From Chiloscyllium plagiosum (lineage: Eukaryota), in contig NC_057719.1 of the NCBI RefSeq assembly GCF_004010195.1, positions 24,405,465 to 24,469,464 of the forward strand: 64,000 nt of DNA, written 5' to 3'. This document shows positions 34,046-47,476 of the stretch, piece by piece. Position 1 is the stretch's first letter; each line of letters begins with the position of its first letter. A program made the position numbers and the translations under genes. Under the pieces are notes generated by a model. That model searched no databases and had not been told where the DNA came from. It saw nothing but the letters and a program-made list of their open reading frames with translations.

Positions 34046-37000
34046 GTGGAATTGAGTTCCAATCCTGCCTACTTGCAAATTTTGTCAAAGTTGTGCTATG
34101 GTTTCTTTTGAAGGTCACTTGACTCTATCCTCAAGGTTTAGCCCTAACTGCATATTTGATTAATTCATTTGCTACACTTTTGAACCTGGATGATTCTTGC
34201 CCATGGAAAGTAGGTTCTTTTTACTAAATCCATTTTCTAAATCATGCCTTTTTTTTGTGATGAAGAATCCTGAAGTCAGTATTGGCCAAGCAAAAAGACT
34301 TAGATTCATCACTCAGTGGATTACATTTGTTCTATATATTAAGAATGAAGAAAACATTTAGAGCACCGAAGGCAAATGTCTCACAAATGTAATAATTCAA
34401 CTGAAAAGAAACAAATCCAGGATGCCTGAAGGTTTTCTTTCATGCATTACATATTCTGGGAACTTTGATAACCTTTCAAACTTTTAAAAACTTCATTCCA
34501 GATGACATGTGATTGCCTATCCTTCTCTAGCCAAGTGGATGCAGCAATCTGGGGACCAAGTTTTTCAATCAATGCTGTTCAGTAACCAGGACAGGATATT
34601 CAAATGGTGCAAGCCATATTTCAGTTTATCCCTGCCCTCTCACCATGATAAACATCTTCTAAGAGCCCCTGCGGAAGCTTTCTAAATCTACCTTAATAAA
34701 GAGAGTGAATGACTGATCTCCTAGGACATTGATTTATAACCTCAAACTGAGGATCATGTACTGATTCAACTAAGAGGGAACTTCCCAGAGGTATGGAGAG
34801 AATAGACTGTGTTTGTCCAATTAATTTAGAAAAGGAATTTTAAATATTGCTGCTCAGGAAATTTATGAAGCCACTCCATCAGTACATATAATAACAAGCT
34901 CTGGGCAATATGAAAGTATGACAAATAGGATGTTCTCCAATACAAATGCTCATAGACACTGGGTGGAAATTGATGTTAACAATCATCAGCTAGTGACTTT
35001 TTGAGTTCATCAATAGAAGAATTTATTAATCATAATATTCTGGCATTATTTTAAACTTTTGAATATCAATTATGATTTGGTCTTCCTGTTGACTGGTGCT
35101 GTTTTCTTTTGAGTAGAATGCAATTCATTCTCCAAAGTTGTTCATTGAGTCTGGCCTGGGTTAGAGTTATTGGCATCTCGAGGATATGAAGAGCATGGTC
35201 ATTTGAAGGAACATTGCAGAACCACCTGCCGTGGCTATTGCTGAGGCCTTGATGCCAATGTCAGGAAGAACATCTGTCTCTATAGAAGGCATGCATCCAA
35301 TCATTCAGAGAATCTGAGGAAGTGATTTGTGATCTTTGGTGACTTTTTAAATGGTAAGGTGCAAGCAAGGGCAATCATAAGTCAATGTTACTTGCCTATG
35401 GCAGTCAAGTTAATCATGGCTCTCAATTTCTATACTATTGACAGCTTTTAAATTCCAGTGGAAATCAGCTGAGGAGGTGATCATTTGGCCAGCTGAGTCT
35501 GTGTTAACTCTAATCAGAACAATTTAATTAATCCCAGAGGTAACACCTTTCAATCTGGGAAGACAAAATACAGGTGACTGTCATTGATTTGATCTTGTCT
35601 GTTTGCATATCATCTTTGAAATGAAGACAGATAAACAAAATAAAAGAATCAGAGCTTGGGTTCAGGAAATAATTCAATGCACTCAAGTTATTATTAAAGC
35701 TTCATCCAGTGACAATAAAATTCAAACAGCTTGAACATGCTGATAAATTGTCACCATTGATTTGGATCATGCATGTTTATCCCAGAACTTTTAAAAACAA
35801 ATACTGGTAGGGATGTGGGTGTTGCTGGTAAGAGAGATATTTATTGCTCATCCTTCATTGCCCTGAAAAGGTACTAGTGGGTTTCTTCCTGAACTGCCGC
35901 AGTTTGTGAAGTAAATGGATTCCCAAATAGCACCAGACAGCATATTGCAACATTTTGACCCCGTGGTCATTAAGAACCTTTCACCTGTAAAGTGATCACT
36001 TCTGAACAAATGTAATCGAACAGTCACAACACTATGTGGTGCATGCATGATTTTTTGAAATGACTGGATAGTGTGAAACATTCCACAGATATTCCAAACC
36101 CTATGTACAATTTATGTTACTACAATGTCACAATGCCACCTTTATACAAGGATTGTATTTTTGCAGGGAATAGCACAGATTATCACTTAAACACCCTTCA
36201 TGTGTTGTAAGATAGCCTGAGACAGTCCACATTGTGGATAGAGATTAAATGAAATGGGGTTTTGGCTGGTAGAGCTTTGTGACCAAATTTCCCTTCATTG
36301 TCTGTCCAAAGTTATAACAAAACATACAGCAGGCAGGGGAAAAATCTCAGCTAGTTTATTAAAGAGAAGAACAGACTGAGCTGTGATTTTGTGATGAATT
36401 TCTATCTCTGGGTGTTCATTTTTGCTCCTGTGTCAGAATTTATGAAGAATTGTATATGCTACTATTACATCAGGTCAAGATATAATCTTTGTATCACTTC
36501 TCTTACTGTTCATAACCAGTGCTTTTGGATAAATCACACTTGTCTCTATTTCTAAGCCTCTGAGTGTGAGGTCAGTTTTTAAATAAATAAGTATTTGTGG
36601 ATTTAAATAAAGACGATTATTCATTGTCACATTTACTTTGCAAGTTTAAATTCTTATCTCTCACTCACACACACATACATTCCAGAAAGAGGATACTGCC
36701 CTTTTTCCAAGTTGTAAACAAAATAATACTTCACATTTCATTTGTGGCTTATTGTAGGAAAACAAAACACATTGTGGACCTGTTGAAAAAGGCATATGAC
36801 TCCAAAAGGGTACTCAAAGTGGTTTCAGAAAGTGGAAATTATATATAATCATTATTACAGGATATTCTCAGAGATGTTCTTCCCCCAGAAGATCATAATA
36901 TTAGTTACTTGTGGTTTCGTTACCAGAAAGTCAAGTTTCTAATTTGTTGGTCATTGAAAAGGAATAGGATAGTTTGGAGACTTTGGATACATAAAATCTG

Positions 37001-38059
37001 GAAGTCAATTGATTTTGGAAGTTTTGGATAAATCACAAACATTAGCAGGTATAAATATCACAGATAGGTTCCATTGGGTTACATCCATTGAAGGGAAAGG
37101 CTCCCATTCATTGATATTTAATGAGCTATTTTCCAGAGATTTGCAGCAGAAATTGCACAAATCCACCATGCCTTTGGCAGCCATCCCAGTGTCTATTTTA
37201 AAATAAAAACTGTTCCAGAAAATGATGTACTGAATGAGGTCCATGTCTGAAGTTATGAATAGTACATGCCTTCAATAGACATGACACATACTGATAAACT
37301 CATTTCTCTTTCTTCGAAATTGTGGTAACATCAAATCAATTCAACTCCTACTGTCTTATGAAAAAGAAAAAATAAGCTCATGTCATCCACAAACTGCAGG
37401 GAATATTCTCAAATTAATATTAAATCTCAGCAATTCAATGGCTGACAATTTAATCATTCTTAACTGAAATAATCAAGTCTGAAAATGCCGGAGGATTTTT
37501 TTTAATATTTGTTTCTTTCGCACAGTGAAGAATGTAGCCATGCACACTGAGGTGAACAAAGTCATCCACTGCAGGCACTCCTTGTGTGATCACACACAAG
37601 CTGCCTCCAATGTGCACTACCTGCAGCTGAGGTCCCATTGGCCTGGAAATGGGACTTAACCACATCTGTACCATTTTGGAGAAAAGTTGTCATACTTAAC
37701 TGATATCAAAATACACTCAAATCATGTTCAACGTAAAAATGTGTTGTTAAAAACTTATTTTCAGAAACTGAAAATTACATTGAAATATTATTAAATACTC
37801 TTGAAAACTTTACCTTGTTAGCCAGAGTATTTCGTAACATAAATATTTTTTGTATTTCTGTTCTGATTCAGCAATTATTTTCTGCCAGTGGATTGTCACA
37901 TACCAAGTACAGTGCCTCACTGCCTGGCACTTATTATCTCACCCTATAGGTCACTTCTTGTGTACCAATTTGGGCAAGGGGTTTGGCAAGCTCATCCTTT
38001 GGTGGAAGTATCATAACTAAACTTGACTTGGCTACAACTGACAATCAAGCACAGTTGGT

Positions 38060-38463
38060 CAACAGGCAGCACTGCTGCCTCTCACAGAACCAGGGTCCCA
38101 AGTTCGATTCCAACTTCGGACAACCGTCTGTATGAAGTTTGCACATTCTCCCTGTGTCTGCATGGGTTTCCTCCCGGTGCTCCATTTCTTCCCACAGCCC
38201 AAAGATGTGCACATTAAGTGGATTAGCCATGCTAAATTACCTATAATGTCTAATGGATTAGCCGTGCTTAATTACCCATAATGCCTATTGGATTAGCCAT
38301 ACTAAATTACTGATAATGTCTAGGCTAGATGGATGAGCCGTGGGAAATACAGGATTGCAGGGATAGGAGTGTGGGTCTGGGTGGGATGCTCTTCAAAGGG
38401 GTCGGTATGGACCTGATGGGATGAATGGCCTGCTTCCACACTGTAGGGATTCATGATTCATGA
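38060..38463 (+). mobile_element. HE1-type SINE with an internal 35-bp triplication
   Basis: tRNA head and V core; GATTAGCCRTRCTWAATTAC.. units at 38221, 38256 and 38291. Confidence 0.85.
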
Positions 38464-39715
38464 TTATATTTTGACAGATGCCATGGGTTATTAATCAGGA
38501 GACAACACTCACTTATTCCTTTCTACAGACTTAGGATGCCAAATCTGCTTGTGCTATCATGGTTGCTGGATGACTGAGAATAGCTAATCTTGCACAAACC
38601 TAGGATCAAACTGGAACTTTTCTTGACATCCCATCTCAGTACCTGCTCCAGCCATTCCGAAGGACAATTCCCTGTATTCTGGTACATCCACCTCCCCCCC
38701 CCCAAAAGTGTCCTTTCAAATGGGATGATCCAGAGGGTTTGGTTGCAAATATGTTAATAATTACCCATGAAAAGCTAAACAATTAAATACCTAGTCTTAT
38801 GTAAAATGAACACCCCTCGACATCTTGCCACTCATGCACACCCTCAACTGCACCATTTCCAAAACCCATTACACTCCTGGAAATGAGATGTGGTTTGCTT
38901 TCTCCTGACTAATCTGCATTATGAGGACAAAGTTGCATTTAAGGTGCATTCTGAATTTCTGCAGGATCCATGTTTGGAATTTCCTGTCAGAAATAGGGAA
39001 CTCTTTCTTCCTATCAAAAGAAGAAGCAGAATGAGAATTTGAATGAATGGTTGCTCCTCCTCTGAAAATCTGACCCTATGACTGTACTATGAGCAACAAT
39101 GAGTGAAATATCACACATGGGTTAAATGAGTAACAATTATTTGCTGGGACTGATCACCAACAATCTTACCAAGGAATACATACATGTGTTATTATTAGAT
39201 GCATCTTTGTAATAATTTATTGATATTTATTTTCAGTTACAAATGTATTGGTGAAGATTAACAGTTGTGAAATGCTGTTTATGTTCAACATTGACATTGT
39301 CAGTGATTGTAATGCAAGCAGTGCTTATTTAAAGATAGTAATAAACAACAACTGATTGTGAGAAAATATCAGTTTAAAATATAATGTTGAATTGGCGCTT
39401 CCCTTGAGGCTCACTGAGTTGTGAATTCAAACGAATAGCACAAAAGAAAGAGGTTATATCAGAATGAATGGTAAGTATTTTTTAAAAATTGCCCTCTCAA
39501 GATGAATCCTGTAAGCTATTTCACTACCATTTTGTAAATATCAAAATTCAGGCTGTAATTCAAAACAGATTTGAGAATGCAATAATGAACATCCAAAATC
39601 ATAAATTTTGATTGTCAAATAAGGGAATTGTTTGCAATTCTCCATTTTTGTGATTGGTTGCTGCTTTCTGTCATTGCCAATGATGTCAGCTTCCTCTTTG
39701 TGGATGCATGCTTTT

Positions 39716-39734
39716 TGCGCCATCTAGAGGTGCC
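39716..39734 (-). promoter_or_regulatory. Candidate CTCF-binding site
   Basis: Minus strand CACCTCTAGATGGCGCA closely fits the CTCF core CCnCnAGRKGGCRS and lies in unique sequence. Confidence 0.5.
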
Positions 39735-41164
39735 TGAACTACAGCCTTTGAGAAAAGAACAAACTATGTGTATATGGCACGTAGCACAATCTCCCAAAAG
39801 CATCAAGGACAATAAAGTGCAGTTCCTGGTGGAATGCAGCAGCCAATTAGAAAACTGCAAGACAAAGGTTAAGATACATGCATTTAAATAAAATGATTTG
39901 TGTCCAGGCCAGATCGCTGTATTCAGAACATATTGTCACAATGTATATGCCATTCGCAAAATTCTCTTACTCTTTTATCCATATTAGCCTTCCATCACAA
40001 AAGCATGTTTAATAACAGAAGTGATAGTGGCATGGCAGTGCTATGGCTGAATCCAAGTTATTCTGAAGCTATTAAGAATTAAGCCTGTAGTGTGGAATTG
40101 AAGGCACATATTGGTAAACCTAGGTAATCTTACTACCTGCCCTACAGAGTGATAATGTACCAGTAGGGTTTATGCAGCAATCCAATACATTTAATGATCA
40201 TTTTGTTTATTGCTAGGCAACATATTACAGGATTTATTGAATCCGAGTAATCTTGAACTTGGCCTTGCTATGTTTCGTAACACAATCTGCTAAAATTAGA
40301 TTTGAATATATGATCTCTAGATTAGCTAGCCTTGTCTAGGTTACCTTGCCTAATTTTAAATTATTCCATTGCTGTTCTTTTAGTTGTAAAATAAAATTCT
40401 CAATTATTCATCACTTTCCATTTTCATCAATTTCCACCATAAATTTGATTCATTTTACCTGTTATAGCAAACTTCCACATTATCCCATAGGAAACCTGTA
40501 AAAAGTTACACAGTTTAATGAAGGAATTAACATGGTAATAATTGTAGAAAAGCTGACAGAGTTTAGCCAGAGTTTAGAATATATATATTTCAAATGCACA
40601 GTTTAAACAATTTGCAGTAATTTCTCAGTTTGAATCTTGAATTTATTTCTCCCAAATGAAGTCACCACTGTTTGCAATCGCAGTAGAAGTGGTGATATAA
40701 CCTGAATAAAAGGACAAATATTATAGTCAGTGCCTGAAAGCAAACAATCACCAGTGAATTACAGCCTTTACAAATGCATTATCCTCTTCACACCAGCCAT
40801 TAATATGTGCTGTCAGACTAAAGCTGAACAGGTACTTTTTATTTCCCTGTATGACAACTGGTGGCACAGGCATTCGTCAAAATGGGACCAGAGAACTGGT
40901 GTAACACCAAGTTCTGAGGAGCATCTTGCCCATGTTATGATCAGTTCCTGGGTGAGAGTCAGCATTACATTATGGATAATATACTGCTAATTGCTTATTC
41001 TCCCTGGTGAGGTGTCAACAAGGTTAATCTAAAAGAGTTCTGTTCCCTTGTGGGTATTTTTCCCCAATCTAAATTTATTTAGAGCCATAGAGATGTAGAA
41101 AACTTGCAGCACAGAGAAATGCTATTCATTAGCTAAATAAATGTTGCAAAATGCCCAGGCAAAA

Positions 41165-41375
41165 AAATGAAAGCTTTGCATTTATATAGTACCTTTCACA
41201 ACCACCAGCTGAAAAACCAGTTGTTTTACAATCAAATCATGACTGAAAGTGTAAATACCGCTGTAATGTAGGTAGCTAAGAAGCATAATAACTCCCCACC
41301 AAACAGCAAAATGAGAATAACCAAATATGTTTTTGTGATGTCAATTCTGGCATAAGTAATGCCAGAGGGATAACT
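41165..41375 (-). mobile_element. Deu-domain SINE 3' part, old
   Basis: TTGCATTTATATAGTACCTTTCAC..GCTGTAATGTAGG is the reverse complement of the tail seen at 2030-2165. Confidence 0.55.
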
Positions 41376-41384
41376 CAAATAGGT

Positions 41385-43410
41385 GCAACAGAAAAATTAC
41401 AACAAAAGAAGGAAGCTATTCTTCCCATCTGAATAAACTATTCTAATCCATTCTAATCCCACTTAGTATGTCTGTAGCCTTGCAGGTTACAGCACTTGAG
41501 GGACAGTTCAAGGTTCCTTTTCAATGAGTTGAGAGTTTCTGCCTTGAACATTAAATTGGGCAGTGAATTCCAGAAGCCGAATACCATCTGGGTGAAAGAT
41601 TTTCTTAATGTTCCCATTAATCCCTCTTCCAATCGCTTTCAGTCTGTTTTTCCCGGCAACTGACCTCTCTGCTTGGGGTAAACAGGTCTCTCCTCTGCTC
41701 TATCAAACTCCTCATTATTTTGTACATTTCAATTAAATCATCCCTCAGTCTCCTCTGTTCTAAGGAGACAATGCTACATTCTCCAATCTTTCCTCATGCC
41801 TGCAACATTCTTGTAAATTTTCTTTGTACTTTCTGTATGGTGGTTATGTCCTTTTGTAATGTGGTGAGCAGAACAGCACACAAAACCCCAGGTGTGGCCT
41901 AACTAGTGTCTTATAGATTTATAGATATTTTCTAATCACCCCTTCAGAGACAGGACCTGAATCTGAGCCTGCTGGTCCATAGGAAGGGACACTATCACAT
42001 TACATCCTTAATATTGTATTCAAGACCTTACCCTCTGAATGAAAGCATCCTATGTGCCTTACTTACATTCAATTGCCTGTAAGCAAGTATCCAATGTCTC
42101 TCAATTTCACTGCCCATCTCAGTGCCCTCCTGTTTATTGCGTATTCCCATGCTTTGTCTGATGTGACTAAATGCATTTAGTTCTACAGATTGAATTCCAT
42201 TTGCTAGCTTTCTGCCCACTCAACTAAACCATTGATATCTTCCTGCAGTCAATAGCCATCTTCCATTCATAGCTACCTGTGTTATTGCCAAATTTCCTAA
42301 TCATGTTCTCACATTTAAGGCTAAACATGAATGTATGACATAAAAGGAAGGGCTTGAAAAATGAACCCCATTGAACACTACTAGAAAATGTGTTTGTCAT
42401 TTGCAAAAACATTGATCAACTGTTATGCATCATTTCCTGTAACTGAACAAATTTTGGATCCGTTTTGCCACATTCCACATACGCACTTTAATTATTGAAC
42501 AGTCTGCCATGGGGAACCCTGTTAAATGTCTTATGACAATCCATGTACACAACATCCACTGTACTTCCCTTATCTTTCCTCCTTGCTACTTCCTCAAAAA
42601 GTTCAATTTATTTAGTAAGACATGTTTATCCCTTAAAAGAACCATATTGACTGTTTCTGATTAATTCATGTCTTTCCAAGTAATAGTTAATTCAATTTGT
42701 CAACTTTGACTTTGATCACTTGCTCACACCAACGGTCACACTGATGAGCTAAATTTATTTGGCCTATCTTTTGCATCTTACCAAAACCCCTTCTATCTCA
42801 TCTGTAACTCAAGAGGATTGGAAAATGATATTCAGAACAGCTGTTAGTTACACCTCCCCTCTCCCCAGTTCCTGAGGGAGCACAAGCAGCCAGGCGCTAT
42901 TGTGCCTCTCTGCATCTGTGTATGTGTGTGCGTGCGCGCGTGCTTGCTATATGGGATGAGGGATGGGGCGGTGATTATCCACCTTCAAGGAGGTCAATCC
43001 TTCCAATACTTCCCTTCTCATTATACTTATTGTGTATCAAATTTGTCGGTCCACCTATTGAACTAGAATGTCTGCACAAACAAAAAACAAGAGGACGAGA
43101 GATGCTGTAAATCAGAAACAAAAACAGAAGTTGCTGGAAAAGCTGACTAGATCTGGCAGCATCTGTGACGAGAAATCAGAGTTAATGTTTTGGGTCAAGT
43201 GACCCTCCCTCAGAACTGCATCACCTGCACAATTATTCTCCTTTGGGTAAAATCATTATTAAGAATCCTGACTACATTTTGTGCATCTAAGTGTAAGTTA
43301 CCATATACATCTCTAATAGTCCCAATCCTTTCCATAGTCATCCTCTTGCTCTTAACACACTGATAAAAAAAATCTCTAATTTAACTGGCCAATGTTTTTT
43401 CATACCTTGT
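41385..43410 (-). mobile_element. Very old CR1 remnant with small nested insertions
   Basis: 41500-41680 mirrors 1620-1830 in reverse; CTTCCTCAAAAAGTTCAATT (IELFEEV) at ~42590. Confidence 0.6.
43081..43217 (-). mobile_element. Short PLE end (older subfamily, as 15785-16030)
   Basis: GAGATGCTG..GCTGGAAAAGCTGA..TCTGGCAGCATCTGTG..CCCTCAGAACT; CTGCACAA occurs on both sides. Confidence 0.7.
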
Positions 43411-44701
43411 GGTTTGAGACAAATTCCCTAGAAGCTGACTTTCTGCTAAGAGAGGTAATCAGTCCCTCATTATAGCTATGGTCAGTTTGTTTTCAAATGC
43501 ATTTGACGCTTTGAAGTTTTGCTGTTTGAAGTTCCCTTGTTTCCATCAGGCATGACATTCCCTGATTTCCTCTCAGTGTTTCGACCAGTGGCCTCTGAAT
43601 GTGCACCCGCAGCCATCTTTTGGCTACCCATCAACTTCTAAAAAACACATGGCATCATTAAAAGATCAACATGCTCATAAATAATCTGGGGATATGATCC
43701 ATTGTTATGGCAGCAGATAAATGGGCTGGAAACTACTGTTGTCCCATTCCGCATTGTTTAAAACTAATTTCTGTACTTTGCAGGTGTTGTGTAGCATCGC
43801 TGATTTCTGTCTGTAGAAAGAGATCCTGAGAATCCAAAGCAGGACTACATTTTTGTGTGACTCATGAGATATATGGTAATGTCGGGCACACTTTCTTTGC
43901 CAGATCCCTATGGTTTTACAATCTTCTTCTGCATCTGTTTCCTGGTGTATTCAGCATTGAAGTTTGTCATCATCTTTTGTCAAGGATGCTGCACTGCAGT
44001 GGATATGGCAATTGAGCAATGCCGTACGCATTCATTTCATGGTATGCTGTAAGTTCACTTCTTCATCAAACAGACCACAGGACCACTGTACCGTTCTGTC
44101 AATAATCACAAAATCTATTTGATGCCTCCAATTGAATTTCCTTTCATTTAATTTATGCCTGTCATTTTTTCACTGCACCACCCCGCCTCCCCCCCACCCC
44201 TTTCCCAGCCTTAGCAAAGGCTGACAAATATTGAAAATTAATTTTGAAGCTTGATCAAGGTTAAACAAATATGTGCCCCTATTTGAAGCCACTTATCTTT
44301 TAAAACCCATTTAATTTGAAGCCGCTGGCCAGATTTTTCACTACCTTCAAAGACCAAGGCTGCATTGTCAGCTAAGAGTAATTATTCAGATGAGGCGAGG
44401 TGGAAAAATTGGGGCAGTCAGTTCACTGTGTCGCTAGCCAGATTTTCTTAGCAATGTGGCATGAAACCCTTGATTGCTTCAATCATGGAAAATCAGCTTT
44501 TGAGATTTTTCAAAACTTAGTGTCTATAGCTAAGAAGCAAAATTCAGCTGGCCCAGCTCTCTTGATTACTGTGGTCTACTTGGAACTATTAGCAGTGTTA
44601 ATGATTTTATTATTGTCAGTTTCAAATGATCAATGTGCTTTGTGTGGATCAAGGTGTACAATGCCAGTATTTTAAAAATATTTTAACACATTTTGATACC
44701 A

Positions 44702-45358
44702 AGGTGAAATCTTGTAGCCACTGACAAGGTAGTAGGCAGGCGACTCTGGTCGCCTCTTTTGGGAAGATCAACTGCATCTTGTTCCACTCAAGCTCCTGAT
44801 AGGTTAGTGGCCAAGGACCCTACTGAGAACTGCTGGACAATCAGAGGCCAGAGGCCATTGAATAGTAGTGCCACTAGACAGGTGGTGGCTGCTGCCAAAA
44901 CTACATCTTCCCAAGGCCTATGATGGTCATTGAGTCTAAGGCCAGAGGTGAATGAGGACTGCAGTGGCATATGGTCACAAAGGAGATGTAGAGTTGATGG
45001 GGAGAATGGGGAGTGGGTGAGGGTCCAGAAGCAAGGGCAGGGGATAACACTTAGCATAGTTCCACTTCCCAACACTGGCTCATTCAGGCACTGAATGCCT
45101 TTGAGTGAGGGACAAATGCCTCACCCTCAACCCGGTCTCCACTAGTCTCCGGGTTAACCAGAATGCAGCCCTTAAGTGAGCATTAATTGCCCCTTTCAGG
45201 CCTTCAATCACTGGTGAGGTTGTAAGGCTAACTTCCTGGCATGGGCATAGTCAGGGTGGGGGCATGAAGGTGATGGGGTACTTACCACCAAACGTCCACC
45301 TGTTTAAATGCCCTATCACCACCAAACACAGCTAAGGACATGGCATAAGATTCTGCTC
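44702..45358. mobile_element. Possible non-autonomous DNA transposon (GC-richer block with degenerate TIRs)
   Basis: Left end AGGTGAAATCTTGTAGCC versus reverse-complemented right end GAGCAGAATCTTATGCC; abrupt composition change; no clean TSD. Confidence 0.35.
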
Positions 45359-46419
45359 ATAGCTATCCAATGTCAAATGTTTTATGGATTGGGTGTGATG
45401 TTAGACTTCCTCGAGGTTGCCATAACAACATGCCAACCTTAGAACAATCCTTCAAAATCATTGTGAGATTTCTTTTTTCCCCACACCATTTATTCTTTTG
45501 GCACCTTTGAGTGAGAGTGTTTAATGCCAAATCATCAACAGGTTTTCTTTGCTGTTATGATATAACGCAATTAGACTGAGGTTACTTGAATTTTTTTAAA
45601 TCTAAAACCTTTGTAGTAGACATAAATAATCAGTTTGGACTCAATTAATGAACACAGGTCCTGGAGATGCCATATCATGAAACACCTTAAAATATTTAAA
45701 TATATAATCTGCGGCATATGGACCTTGGAACAATCCTGCCTTAGATTCTAACTAAAATAATAAATTGCAGGTGGGTTAAAATTAATTCACTGGCTGATAA
45801 TCATTCTGGGGTTTGTGTGAGGACATCATGGTAAGCTGTGTTGGCATAAAACTTAATTTGATAATACAATGATTCATGTTCAACACTGGTCAGACCATCA
45901 TCAGAAACCTGTTAGAGGTCATGGACTCTGTAGTAGTGAGAATATGTTGCTTCCACAATAAAGTAAATCTTCCTAACTCTACTGTAAATATCAATTAATG
46001 CCAACCATGAGGTGTGCCAGTATATTTAACTCCCTGCATAAGCTAATCTCAAATAAAGTGAAACCAATACAATGTGAAATACTTCCAAGTGAAATTTGAA
46101 TTTGAAAAACACCCGCACTAACTTTGTGCTCTGTATACGTCTAAGGTTAATGGTAATAGAGCTAGGGAAGATAGTTGTGACTGTGATGTAAAAGCACCCC
46201 TGTTTGTCCATGAAACTCTTTTATAGCCCAACGCAGCTGCAGCATTGTCAACTGACAGCAGAGCTCACCGCCACTGAATCACATGTGTTTTGCATGTCCG
46301 TTGCCAGCACATAGAATTTTAATTGTAATTGCATGGGAAACAAGAGGAAGAGGGAGTATAAGTGATGCACAGTTCTGATTACCATATCAGAAATGGCACG
46401 TTTTTCTGACTCATGGGTG

Positions 46420-47085
46420 AGCTGTAACAGCATTCAAGAAACTCAATATTACCCAGGACAAGGCGGTCCACTTGATGTGTATCCCTAACATTGTGCATTC
46501 CCTTCATAACTGACAAGACTGTGAGTCCAGTATTACTTTCTACAGGCCACTTTGACACAACTCCTAATCTTGTGATCTTCTTTCAGGACAGAGATGAAGA
46601 AATCTTTTTCTCATAGAGGTTGGTGTGACTTTGGTGTTCTGTGCCTCAAAAGACAATAGAGGTGGGGTCATTGAATAATTTGAAGATGGAGTTGGATTCT
46701 TGTGGGAAGGAGAATCTAGAGGTAGCTGGGAATGTGGAATTCAACACACAAGCAGAGCAGCCGTGATCTTATCGAATGGCAGGGCAGGTTTGAGGGGCCG
46801 AATGGTCTACTGCTCCTATTTTGTATTGTACATATGTTTACCAAGCTGGAGGACAAAATAGTAATGCATAGAAATGCTATCACTTTTAAATTACCCTTTA
46901 AGTACACACCAACCTGCATTGTATATGATGTATTTCTATAAGTGAGGCAAAATTCTGAAATATGGCACCTTATCTCATCACCACTGACTATAGTGGTTCA
47001 AGGAAAAGCCATTGTCTTTTCGGGTTGATTAGGAATCCTCAATAAATGTGACCTTCCCAGAAATGCCCAAAAAATTGTTTTTTAA
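46420..47085 (+). mobile_element. Decayed tail of the second LINE lineage, interrupted by a CR1 3'UTR (~46575-46835)
   Basis: Similarity to 31420-31888 on both sides; the inner segment resembles other CR1 tails. Confidence 0.5.
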
Positions 47086-47476
47086 AAATAAAAGGTCGTT
47101 TAAGTCAGGTTCAGGATTTACATGTAAATTGAAATTCTAACTAATCACTACTACTCCCAGATCTTATAGTGGTACTATTTGGTGCTATCTGGTCTATCTT
47201 TGAAGTTTGAATCTTAAACGCTTTTGGAGGTACAGTGGCAGATAATGTGTGTTGTAAACATCAAATAAATACGTCATCAATTGGTCACTTCATCTGCGGT
47301 TATATCTAATTTGAGTAAGCTCATGCAATTTTTATTTAGGCACCTTTGATAAAAAAAATCTACTTTCTTGGACAGTAGTTCTGCTCAGTTATCAATGGTG
47401 ACCTTGTATAATTTTTCCTCAATAGTAACTAATCCATCTCCAATTGTCTGGTCTTATATTTACTGCAATGTGCTGT

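Noticed and set aside
35140..35245. Peptide ending HCRTTCRGYC resembling an ShK domain end
   Set aside because: Upstream cysteines are missing, there is an in-frame stop just before it and no convincing splice acceptor.
39628..39891. 87-aa ORF as a host exon
   Set aside because: No recognisable domain and weak splice signals.
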